From contig CM052816.1 in the NCBI GenBank assembly GCA_028534125.1, positions 1,302,001-1,366,000 of the forward strand: DNA of 64,000 bases. Reading direction: 5' to 3'. Numbering within the stretch: position 1 is the first letter of the stretch; each line of letters begins with the position of its first letter. The position numbers and the translations under genes were made by a program. Below, in pieces: positions 1-11,410 of this stretch. Source of the stretch: Lama glama. Taxonomy: Eukaryota. Below the pieces are notes generated by a model. It was not told the origin of the DNA, searched no databases, and saw nothing but the letters and a program-made list of their open reading frames with translations.

Positions 1-80
1 TCCTACTGCATGCCTTCTGCCTGCCCAGCCCAGTAACTGACACATAGTAGACCTTGAATATTTGTTGAATAAATGGATGA
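1..80 (+). mobile_element. L2 LINE 3'-end fragment
   Basis: 'actgacacatagtagaccttgaatatttgttgaataaatggatgaa' resembles the L2 3' terminus; recognised by eye. Confidence 0.5.
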
Positions 81-569
81 ACATGTTCCCAGTATTAGGA
101 GGTTTGGAGAGTAGAAGAGAACAGACCTTCAAAGACAGAGTAGGACTGAGAGCCTTGAAAGACAAGCAGAAGAGGATACACTTGATGTGAACATGGGGAG
201 ACAGTACAGACTCTTGAGTTGCAGGGTGAAAATGGTGATTTAGAAGTGTTGCTCGGTATGCCACCGTCCACTATAAACCCTTAATTTAGATGATTCACTG
301 CAGTGTCTGGCAATGAATTATTGCAAGAGGTAATCAGGTCCTAGTTCCTGAACTGTATTCTTCTCCTCTGGGCTCTTAGACAAGGTGGGAACTCAGTGTT
401 GGTCTAGGAGTTTCATGGAGCTCTGTTTTCTGTTTAGTTAATTGATTATGGTGAAATATAGACAAGTGACCATGATGAAGACCCTGAAGGGTGGGATCCA
501 TGCTTGCTTCTGCAGGCATCTCGCCAGCAGGAGATCAATTATTTGTTCAATGAATGAATGAGTGAAACA

Positions 570-745
570 ATTATGCACTTGGGAAGACCTAGGTTCTAAA
601 GGATTTGCTACTAGCTATCTGTGTGACCTTTAACCTGGCTAAGGGTCAGCTTCCTTATCTGTAAAATAGGGAGAAGGCTTAACTCACAGGATTTTAAATG
701 AGAGTTTATGAGAAAATCCCTGGCACAGAGTGGACACTAAATAAA
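570..745 (+). mobile_element. MIR SINE fragment
   Basis: Core-like 'tgtgtgaccttt...cttccttatctgtaaaataggg...aaatgagagt...cctggcacagagtggacactaaataaat'. Confidence 0.6.
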
Positions 746-879
746 TTTGTCTCCTCCTGTTACTCTGCCCTGACTGGGATTTCCTACTCGCCTTTCCCAA
801 GAAGAGCCACAGGGCTTGAAATAGAGCATATGGTGATATTTACCTTTTCCCATCTTCAGTCTTTTCAATGCAAAACGGG

Positions 880-1070
880 AATTCTGACTGCAACTTACTG
901 AGTGACCTTGGGCACCCTTTTTGTGCCTCAGTTTCTTTATGTATAAAATGGGTATAATAATAGTACCTGCCTTATAGGAGTACTGTAAGGATTAAATGAA
1001 ATATTATACTAAGTGTTTGTACTCGTGCCTGGCACATAGAAGTTGCTCAATAAATGTCAGCTGTGCTTAT
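880..1070 (+). mobile_element. MIR SINE
   Basis: Clear MIR core 'gtgcctcagtttctttatgtataaaatgggtataataatagtacctgccttatagg...gattaaatga...gtgcctggcacatagaagttgctcaataaatg'. Confidence 0.8.
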
Positions 1071-1903
1071 TCTTTAGAACTTTTTTACTCCCTATAATGC
1101 TGGCAACTTTGTTCCTTTCCCTCCTGTAGTCATTCTCAGTGTCTACAATCTCTTCTGGAGAAAAGTCTCACTCTGAGGTGGAATTTGAGAGAAAAGGGCT
1201 CAGTAGATTCCTCCGGACAAAACAAATCAGGAAACTTACAGGAGGAATAGAGAAGTAGGGTCATTAGGACACTGAAGACAGAGGCTTTTTCCACTTGTGA
1301 TATAGGAGAGGCCAGGAAAAAGGCTGAAGCAAGGAACCAGGTGCGACCACTTTCCAGTGAATTAAGGTTGAAAAAGTAGCTCACAGGGAAGTCTAGCAAT
1401 GCCTCAGGACTACTCTCCGGAACATCCATCAGCTTAATTCAGGGTGCCTGCTATCCTGTCTATTTTCATTAGCATTTTCCTGCTTTGAAAGAAGTAGGTG
1501 TATTGTTCCTAGAAAGTGGGGCGAACTCAAGGAAAACACTCCTTGTGTGGGAGCTGGAGTGGCTGCCATGAGGTTATGGAAAATGCCTTGCACATCATTT
1601 TATCCCCGGCACCTAGCGCAGTGCCTAGCATAGTAGGAGCTCAAAAACTGTTTTGTAGAATTATTTGCAAACTTTACTTGCCCTTTTCAAAAAAGCTTGC
1701 GCCCACACGCAGCCGCAAGCAGGTCCGCGCCTAGAAATAACATTTATTCTAAGGACCTCCGCGCAGGGATTCTTGGGAAGAGGTTCCCCTCCCTCATTAC
1801 CTCGTTACTCCTCCCCTCGGTCTCCTTTGAAAGAACAGGCAGGACACGTGATTCCCTCCTTTACTCCCACCTCTGAAAAACCCGGCTGATAATGGGCAGG
1901 AGC

Positions 1904-2203
1904 ATTGGCCAACCACAAGGCTTTACTTTTTCTTTCAGCCAATAGAAAGAGGCAACAAGTATAGGGCTCCGCTTTTGTGACTCCCCCCGCCCCCTTTGAG
2001 CCCACCCCGCCGCACTCCTCCTCTAGGATTCGACAGCTGACAACTCGTCCGGCCAATGAGAAGTTCCTACTCTGTATGGGAGGGAAGGACTGACTGGATA
2101 ATTGACGTCCTCATCTGGCCAATGGAATATCACAAGTGCGGGAGGGGTGTAGGACGGAACCAATGGCGCGGTGCCAATAACGAGCATCGGGGTAAGGGCG
2201 GGA
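1904..2203 (+). promoter_or_regulatory. TATA-less proximal promoter with six CCAAT/ATTGG boxes, a CRE-like site and a GC box
   Basis: ATTGG 1904; CCAAT 1939, 2053, 2119, 2160, 2174; TGACGT 2103; GGGCGG 2196; all directly upstream of ATG 2303. Confidence 0.7.
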
Positions 2204-2302
2204 CGAAACCGCTCGCGGGAGGGAGGGGAAGGCCCAGGGAACCAAGCAGCGCTGCCGCCGCCGCTGCAGCCCGAGTTGGAGGAGGGAGAAGCCAGGAAGA
2301 AA

Positions 2303-2886
2303 ATGGCGGCTGTGGCTGCAGAGGCGGCAGCGACTGCAGCGTCCCCCGGGGAGGGGGGCGCCGGCGAGGCTGAGCCGGAGATGGAGCCCATCCCCGGCAG
2401 CGAGGCCGGCACTGACCCCCTCCCAGTCACGGCCACTGAAGCATCTGTGCCGGACAGCGAGGCCGACGGGCAGCAGTCCTCTCCTCAGGCCGACGAGCCG
2501 CCTCTCCCGCCGCCACCGCCGCCGCCGGGGGAGCTCGCCCGCAGCCCGGAGGCGGCGGGGCCGGAGCTGGAGGCTGAGGAGAAGCTGCCCGCTCCGGTGG
2601 TGGAGCCGGCGGCAGCCGCGCCTCAGGAAGGGCCCGACCTTCCACCTTCCCCGGCACCGCCGCCCGAGCAGCCCCCGGCTCCCGAAGAGCGCCAGGAACC
2701 GCCGCTGCCCCAGCCCGCAGCCCCGGCGCTCGTGCCGCCGGCGGGCGGGGACTCCGCGGTGTCGCAGCTGATCCCCGGCTCGGAGGTGCGGGTCACGCTG
2801 GACCACATCATTGAGGACGCGCTCGTCGTGTCGTTCCGCCTCGGGGAGAAGCTCTTCTCCGGGGTCCTTATGGATCTGTCCAAAAG
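2303..2886 (+). CDS. PWWP2A: PWWP domain-containing protein 2A, coding exon 1 (Pro/Glu/Ala-rich N-terminus, 194 codons + 2 nt)
   Basis: ATG in strong context (AAAATGG); MAAVAAEAAATAASPGEGG...VRVTLDHIIEDALVVSFRLGEKLFSGVLMDLSK; donor AG|gtac after 2886, phase 2, which fits the exon 2 acceptor. Confidence 0.95.
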
Positions 2887-4964
2887 GTACCGCGCCCGCC
2901 CCCAGCACGGCCCCAGGGCACCCCGGCCCGCTTGGTCCCTGGGGAGGCAGCCAGCCGGGGCGGCCCCTTCACTCACTCCGGGCTCCCGCCTCCCGGGCGC
3001 CCCGCCGCCTGCGCCGCCCTCGGGTCCCGCGCGGCGTGTGGCGCGCGCTCCGAGTGGGACTGGCGCGCAGGGCCGCGAGAGGGCGGTCCCTGCCCCAGGT
3101 GGGCGCCTGCGAGGGCAGGTGTGCCGCCCGGAGGGGGCGCGGGTGCTTGACGCGCTCTCGGGTCTCACCCCCAGCCCCAGCCTCCTTCCACCACCTGGTC
3201 CTGGCTCATCCACACTGGGGCGGGTGGGTTAATGCAGAATGCAGGAGGATTTTTTTTCGGGGGGGATCAGAGAACGGGGTGCTGAGTGAGGAGATTGCTT
3301 CATTCTCAAATTAACCTTTAACTTTAATGAGGTTGGAGAAAGGGGTGTGTGCATTGGGGTTCCCCAAACGTTAACTGTCACTCCTTATAAAGCGGAGAGC
3401 GTCTGTTAAACATAAGCCCTTTGACTATTATTCTTACTGTTAGAACTGTTCAGGAGGGAAGTACTTTAAGAAAAGTAGCGTAAAGAAAAGTGTAAAGAAG
3501 AGATGAAAATTTTTTTAACCTTTAATATCAAAAAGATGATGCGGTATAACAGTGTTCAAATACGAATTCCTAAAACTAGATACAGTTTAAATGGTTGTTC
3601 ACCCACAAACGTCTTGTCTTAGCACATTTTTATTTTTTAATTTAAATTGTTTGTGGGTGTTACTTTAAACAAATGAAGAAGGTAATCTGTTCTGAGTCTA
3701 GAGTGAAGTTAACCATTTTATTCTCTTCTTTTGCAGATCTGAAGTGCAGAGACTCCCATTCACGGCTCTCCATTCTGTTTCCTGCAACAGCACACACACT
3801 GATGGTATCTCACCTGTTTAGAAATGGCTTATTTTAGTATGTTTTACTTTTAACTGCTTGCCCTCCCATCGGGACATAAGATTAGGGGAAGAAAGCCATT
3901 TAAAACACCTAACTGAAGTGTGGGAAAAGATGGGAGCCTTTACAATTACTAATAACAGTGTTACATCTCAAGGATTTTTAAAAATTAGTTTCTTTTATTT
4001 ATTTTTAAAATTACTTTGGGTTAGGACTTCTGCACTTTTGTTTTCGTAGTTAGAAAGCAGAATGAGACCAGTGTGCTTTCTGCTGATGTATTTAATAGCA
4101 GAAGAGCGTATATGCTCAGTACTGTGTATGCTGTTGACTCAAACAGAAGTGAAGGCCAGTGACTGTGAGAATCTGGATTTCAAATCTGCAAAAGGAAGGT
4201 GCAAAAAGGTAAGTTGTTTCTGGAAATGAAATGGATACTCCTTTCTTGATTCGAGGTGCTCATTTTGTTGGTGTTTTATTTTTGAAAAATTTTCTTTGGT
4301 AGGGAACTGTAATTTGTTTTGTGAGTTTTGGTCTATTTTACCTACAGTGCTTCTTATAAACAGTTTCTTTTGTTGGGGGTGCTATTCTTACTATGAACCT
4401 TTTCCATTTTGATGTTTTGAAGTGAAAGGATCCTGTCATTAATGTATTTTATTTAAAAGCCATTAAGGGAACCAGATGAACTTTTCATTCAACAAATATT
4501 TATTGAGCGCATCTGTGTAAGGCACCCTCCCAGGTGTTCTGAGTATTACATGTATGAGACACAGCCCCTGCCGTATAGAAGCTTTGAAGGGAGGCATATA
4601 CACTGTGGAAGTGGTGAAATAAACCACAAAGTATTTTTAAGATTTAGCACTTCAAGGAATTATTATTAGACCAATGATTGATTTAGGTTAGGAATTTTTC
4701 ACTTTTGTACTTAGAAAGCAGAATAAGACCAGTGTGCTTTCTTTTTTTATTATTTAATGTTGAAAAATAGGCCTGCCATTTTATTTTGTAATCTGCGCTT
4801 ACCTTTCACAGTTTTGGGGTTAACTGATGATGCAGCAGATAACTCTTCTTCGTAGACTTTACCAAGATCATGACTGCAGTTGTCAGTTGCTTTAAAACTA
4901 GTTTGTATCCTATTTGAATTGGCTATTAACTAAAACCTTCAGGTCAAAATAACAAGAGCTTCCT

Positions 4965-5140
4965 CCTGAGTGCCTGTTAGGTACCAGGCATTGTACCACA
5001 TGTCTTAGTCTTTATAACTGGTGGTATTTTTCACTTATATAGGAGGAAACTGAAGTTCATTCAGTTTGGTCATTTAGCTTGTAAATGGCAAGGTCAGGAT
5101 TCAAATGCAGGCTGATCTGGTTCTAAAGCCTGTGCTTTTT
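4965..5140 (-). mobile_element. MIR-like fragment
   Basis: Reverse MIR pattern 'gaggaaactgaagttc...gtaaatggcaaggtcaggattcaaatgcagg...tctggttctaaagcc'. Confidence 0.5.
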
Positions 5141-8100
5141 AAAATTTCATATTAGAAAGGTAGTGGGGTGACACATTTCCTTTTAAGCAGGAAGTAAAGA
5201 ATTTCATATTTCTGAAAGACAGTGCTTATCTTGACTTCAGTAGCTACATGGGATAATGCAAAGAGTATGGATGTTGGAGCTAGGAGGATTCCTGAGTCAG
5301 CTCATAGCCACGGAACTTTATGCTTTGGGGACTCATTTCTTTAGCTGTGCTGGGAACACAGGAGGCCATGAAGTCTTGGTTCTTGCCTGTGCAGTGAGAT
5401 AGGAAAGAACGAACATTTAGGAGACCACAAAGTGCATCAGTGTATATGTGCTTTTCTTAAGCCTTCCACGGGGCCAGGTACTGCTTTTATTAATAATTTT
5501 TTTCTGACATTGTGCACCTTACAGAAATGTCTTTTAAAGTTGGAAGAGTGGTCCACCACGTGGAAAAAGTGTTTGATCCTAGAGGATTTCACACATACGT
5601 GGATTGATCAAGAGAATGCTTTTGTAAGCGTTTGACAGTCTTCACCTTCCTGTCATTGTATTTTTTGCTTTATTTTTAGAATTATTTAATTGAAAAGTAG
5701 TTTTTTTTAAGAACACATTTTTGAAAAGAATCTTTTTGTGTAAAAAAAGGAGCAGGACACATGTAATGAAAAAAAAAAACTCAAGATAAGTGGTACTAAA
5801 TAGTAGATTGCTCTGGACAGAGTGTCAGGGTACTTGGTGTTGACTTCCAGCACCTTCTTCTTAAAGTAACACTGACTTTGGGTAAATCTCTGTGCCTCTC
5901 TGGGCTTCAGTCTCTAGTCTTTTATGAGGCTAATTCATTTTGACTTTAAGCAGTTCATTTTAAACACAAATGCGCAAACTTTGCCTCAGTTTACCTGTTA
6001 GTAAAGTGAGGAAGGGTGACTGCGCGATCTGGTTTTCCTGTACCATCCTGATTTGATTGTTACCGCCTCCTCTTTTTTCAGGGTAGTTTGCTTTGGCAGA
6101 TGAATGACATGGTCACCCTAAAAATGAGGCTATTTGAATATCTGGTTAAAGCCAGATTTTATGTAGCACAGTATTTACTTGAAACCGAGTGCCTTCAAGG
6201 TGAGCCATGCATTCTCTGGTTTACTCAAGGCTTCTCCACTATTGTTTTATACGCAGCCCTCTTAGATGGTATATATTACCTGCCTGCTACTGAATTCATG
6301 GGCAATGTCTAACGACTGTAGTTGACAACTAGCAGATGAACCAGGTAATCAACTAACTCACAAGTTCAGTTTGGTTTTTCTATTCCCTTTTCTTCCTTAA
6401 CCTTATGCTTTTGAAATTTTGATGTAGGTACATTTGTTTCTTCATTTAGCGTTATATAATCATCCCCTTCAGGTTGCTAAACTGCCTTAATGATTGTTTT
6501 TAGACAGAAGAATCAGTGCTTGTACGACTGATTTAATTTTTTCATGGTAAATGAACCTCCATGGATGTATCATCCTTGCTTCAACATTTATCAACTGTTA
6601 GCCAAACGTGTTTTGTCACATAACCACCTCCACTGGGTTATTTTGAAGCAAATCTTAAACAGCACTTTATCATACATAAATGTTTCAGTGTAGAGAGCTC
6701 TAAAAAGTTAAGAACTTCAAAAACTGTAACTGTACTGTTATCACACCTAAAAATAGTAGCAACAATTCCTTTATATCATCACGTATCTAGTTAGTGTTAC
6801 AGTTTCACAGGTTATCACAAAAGTAACATCTAAGTTTTGTAGTAAGATTCAAGTGAAGTTTATACGTTGCAGTTTGAGAAGTTCGCTAAGCTTTTCATCT
6901 GCAGTTCTCTTGCCATTACTTTTATTCCCTTGCTGTTTGTTAAGCTGTAGATTTTGTTTGGTAGAATTTTCCACATTCTGGATGTTTTTCCTATTGCATC
7001 CCCTTGGATGCATTTCCGTAACATTTTTAAAATAGTTCTTTTCCCTCAGGAGCAAACTGAAGGCACGACTGCAGTCCCCTGAGGGCCTCTTGTGAAAGCC
7101 TCTGTTGCTTGTTTTGGGTCAGTAGAAATGATAGGATATCTCTTGCCTGCTTGCAAACTTTTAAGCTTATCCCTTAAACACACCTCCAACTTTAGTAATT
7201 CCAAACATAGAAAAATTTAGCCAGCAAACATAATGTGCCAAGGGCAAAAGCCTTCAGCCCAGGTTTCCGAAAAGGTTGTGTCGCAGCCTTTTCAGTCTGT
7301 ACCTGAAGGGACTGTGGTTCCTTTCTACACAGGGATCATTTAAACTGTTTATTACTGTTCTCCACATCTTAAAAATACAGTTATAAAGCCACTTTGAAAC
7401 CCTAAAAATTCTTTCTGATTCCATTTTTTTCGGACCTGGTATGATTTAAGGAATCATGAAGTAAATGCTTACGCTTAAAACCCTTGTGCGTTTTAATTTT
7501 GTGGTACATGCTCATTAAAGGTTGCAGCCTGTTGTATTTCAGGACTGATCTTGTACAAACAGTGTGTGTGTATGTGGGTACTGTTGGATTAAAAAGAATT
7601 GAGATAATTTCTTGGGAAAGCTTCAGATTTCACTGTCTTAGTTTAGTTCTTAAGGCAATTTGTAGAAAATTTACTTGTTTTTTAAGGAAATGTAAACCAA
7701 GATGATTTTTTTTCTTTACAGAGGATGAAACGTATGGTGCAATAGCCCTACTTTTGGTGGCAAAAATATACAGCCATTCTGGTGAAGCAGTGAGTAGTGG
7801 TATGAATAGGTTATATTAAGCATCCAGGTTGAGAACTTAGGACCTTAAGTAGTATGCTTGAGTGATTGTGTTGGGTTGTACATGTTTCAAACACTTAAAA
7901 TATTTTTTGATGATTATTCTGCTTCTATCGAAGTATTGCTAAAGGATTTCTACAGTAAAATAGCTTTGAGGCGGGTGCCACTTTCCTACCCAGGCAGCAT
8001 TGGGACACCCACTGTACTAGTATATCTATTACTGTATTAGGAGTGAGCTCTTTGTCGATGTTAGACTGCAGTGATTTTTTTCGGGGGAGAATGATTAGTT

Positions 8101-9119
8101 GTTTGGACACTAAAAGTCTAGTTTTGAGTGTGAAGAATCTTATACCATCGTGGTATTAAAAATTTTATAAACTAGATAACGTGTGTTACACACTGTGCCA
8201 GGCATGTTTTATTGGACTTGGGTTTCTAATGAGGTTAATTTTCAGCCTTTTACGTGTAAATAAGACCGTACTTCACTGTGTCCTGTTTGAAAGCAAAGTT
8301 CCTGATGAAACTAGGTTTAATCTTCCTAGGAACAGTTTTTCTGTGGAGGGCCATTCAAGAATTTGTGTTATGTGCTCATCTTCTCTGTTATGGCTGAGTT
8401 AATTTCACGTTGATTAAAAAATGAAAGATGTTCTTAGTAGTTATTTGTGCCTCGAAGGTACATCCTTATTTCTTGATATTTGTTGGTTCTGTTCTCCTGT
8501 AATTCCCTAATTAATTCCGGCACAGCAGCAGAACAGCTTGCTTTAGTGGCAGATCTTGGAAGAAAGTGGAGGTTACTCTGGGTGGATTTAATATTGAATG
8601 TTTTTGCTAAAACACTTTTGGGCAGTTGTCCTCAAAACAAATGTGCTTAAGCTTTCTGAGCTTCACTCAGAAATTTGCATTTTTAACATAGTGACTGTGA
8701 TGCAGATGATTCTTAGACCATATTTGGAGGTAACTGATTTTTAGGGGGTAGTTTTGCCAAAATAGTAAGCCCATACATAAATTTGTTAAACCTGCTTAAA
8801 AGTTGTTGGGTAATTTGATTGGAATGTAATTACAACAAAGTAAGCGACACATGTGGGGATGGGCCACTTGGGTGGCAGATCCAGATTCTTACTGTAGAGC
8901 TGGTAGTCAGACTTGTAAATGGTTTCTTAAATCTGGTTGCCCACTAGAAGTTGAAGTAGTCCATAATTTTTGTCTCACTCCCTTTGGACCAAGTGGCCTT
9001 AAAATAGAATAGTGGTTTTTAGTCTTTTAAAATGCATACCTCCTGTTATATTTGATTTCACTTCTCCGCTATTCCCACCATCTAGGAAGGTTGCCAGGCT
9101 TTACTTTCTATAATTAATA

Positions 9120-9285
9120 ATAGCTACTGTGTAGTTCCCACTCCTGTGCTAGGCACTGTGCCAAGCACTTCGCATACATTGTTTCATTTTACTCTGGAAA
9201 ATCCAATGAAGTAAATTCTATTAATCCCCATTTCACAGATAAAGACACGAAGGCTCAAAGAGATTAAGGAAACTGCCTAAAATTA
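9120..9285 (-). mobile_element. MIR SINE fragment
   Basis: 'gtgctaggcactgtgccaagcacttcgcatacattgtttcattt...atccccatttcacagataaagacacgaaggctcaaagagattaag'. Confidence 0.65.
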
Positions 9286-11204
9286 AAAGTGGTGGCTATC
9301 AATAGGTATATTGATGGTGCCTTTTTGCTTGTGGAATGAGATGAATAGCTGAGTCACAGCGGTTTGTAAGAATTACATTTTGTGATTTGAACTGAGAAAT
9401 TGAAGATGCCTTTTTGAATGATATACAGTTCTCTCAGGTTTGAAAACAACCATGTTCAAATTCTAACACATCTAACTATCTTTTGCCATTACCATTTAGC
9501 TTATGATTTTGGTGAGGAGTTACCCTGGTGGCTGGAAATGGTGGAGCACTCTGTTCCTCACTCAGCCAGCAACAGCTGCTTGCTTTGAAAATACGAACTG
9601 CTCTTCAGTTCGATTTAGTGAACTCTTTCGGCATATTTGGAAACAGTTTGTTCTTCATATGTCCTAAGTGTTTTGCCTCGGTTGGCCTGGCCCTGGCAGC
9701 AGTGGACTCCACTTGATCATGGGGGGGGAATCACAACATGTTGGATTTGAAGCTCTTTGAGCACCAGATCAGCATTGATTAAGTACTGGATGATTGAATT
9801 GGAAAAGAATTTAAAGACTAAAATATAGTAAGTTTTTGGACAAACCTGTTTTTGGTAAAACAGAAATAGTGAAATAGATTGAATAAAAGTGCCTTTCTAA
9901 AAAAAAAGTCCACCCTTTGAGAAATAACTTAGACCTCTGAGTGGTGGACTCTTAGACATAATACAAAAGAAATGTTAAAAGTACATAGAAAAAAAAAAGT
10001 ACAGAGAGAACTTAAAACTGCTTGTTGGTGTCTTAGAGCCAGGACCAAGGGAATTCTTTTTTAAGTGTTTGAAAACTGTGATGAGTATTTAGATTAATAA
10101 CTAAAAAATATTTTTTTATACCAGTGTTCATTTTCTTGGGAAAGTGTCAAGTATGTTTCCCTTAGTGATGCTGTACAAAAGTGAAGTCAAGTTTTGTCTG
10201 CTCTTAAAAATATTTTGCTACTTTGTGGTCATTATCATTTTCTTGGATGGTTATTTTAAAAGAAGAATTTACTGTTAGGGAGTTAAATAATTTGAATACA
10301 ATGCAGACGTTATAATGATGATGATTATTTTTTAAAGACTGAAGCATAAGTGTGTTCTCTGTAGTTTACATTTTTATTTCCAAAATATCCAGGTAAGTTG
10401 TTTTTAGAGGATTGTTTGAGAGTACATGTTTGAGGGCTCAAGATCTAAATTATTAGTGTTTATTTAACCTCTTTTTTTCCCCTCCCTGCAAAAGCTGTGT
10501 TTATAAAAGAGGATTGCATAGACTTTTTAAAAACTTGAGTCAGTTCTTACGGTTACAGAGATGTTCTTTTAAGACTTATGTAGCTCCCCGCTTCACTCCC
10601 GCCAGTTAATTTTAAAAGATCTCTCTTGGTGTTCTTGTTCATAATTAGTGGATGTTTTGTTTCTATATTCCTAAAATTACTCTCCCTCCCTCCTTACCCA
10701 TTTGAGTATCCACAGTCCCTGCAGATGCCCCGTGTAATATTTGGAGCTTTTAGTTAAAAAACATCATTCACTTAGTTAACAAAGTTAAATGTATTTTAAC
10801 TTTACTATAGTAATAGTTACTGTGTGTTATACCTACTTTCTGTGTGCTAGGCCCTGTGGTAAGCAATCGTGTATATTCTTAATCTTGAAACTAATCTTGA
10901 CAAGTCTATCAGGTTACTTAACCACAATTTCAGTATCCAAAAAGCTCTGAAAACTGAACTTATTGTTATTTTTTTGGTGGCAAAACCTAACCTGATTAAA
11001 ATCATGAGCAGATATTGTATCCCTGTATCCCATTTAGTGTGAATGTTCTTTCTGTCTCACTGCTGAAATACTCATATACTTAAGGGTAGGGTGCTTGTTA
11101 TCTTTTGAAAACTGGAACAATTCTGAATTCTGAAGCCTGTCCACCTCCATGGGGTTCAGAAAAGAGCATGTGGACTGGTTAACTCCTCCCCGTTAGTGGG
11201 GACA

Positions 11205-11410
11205 CGGAGGGGAGGCAGCAGCAGGGGTTAAGAACCTGGCTTTGGGCCGACTGCCTGGATTCCTGCCTCAGTTCTACTGCTCACCAGCTGTGAGGTCCTG
11301 GGGAGGCCATGCCCCTCTGTCACGGCAATTAAATCAATTGGTGTAAACAATGAGTGCGTATTTAGAATAGTGCTTGGCATGTAGTGCCATATAGGTGTCA
11401 ACTGTTACCT
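11205..11410 (+). mobile_element. MIR SINE
   Basis: 'ggttaagaacctggctttgg...gactgcctggattcctgcctc...cagctgtgaggtcctggg...agaatagtgcttggcatgtagtg'. Confidence 0.55.

Larger units (their letters stand above)
1690..3230. promoter_or_regulatory. CpG island spanning the PWWP2A promoter, exon 1 and the start of intron 1
   Basis: Very high GC and CpG density compared with the AT-rich flanks; overlaps the start codon. Confidence 0.9.

Noticed and set aside
2887..3232. Continuation of the 353-aa ORF beyond LSKR
   Set aside because: Intron 1 read-through; the donor after 2886 joins in phase to 18614 and restores the 755-aa protein
2023..3314. Several long overlapping ORFs on both strands (e.g. 2111-2908 minus, 265 aa; 2623-3213 minus, 196 aa)
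   Set aside because: Shadow ORFs of a stop-poor CpG island; low-complexity Arg/Gly/Pro/Ala translations with no domain features
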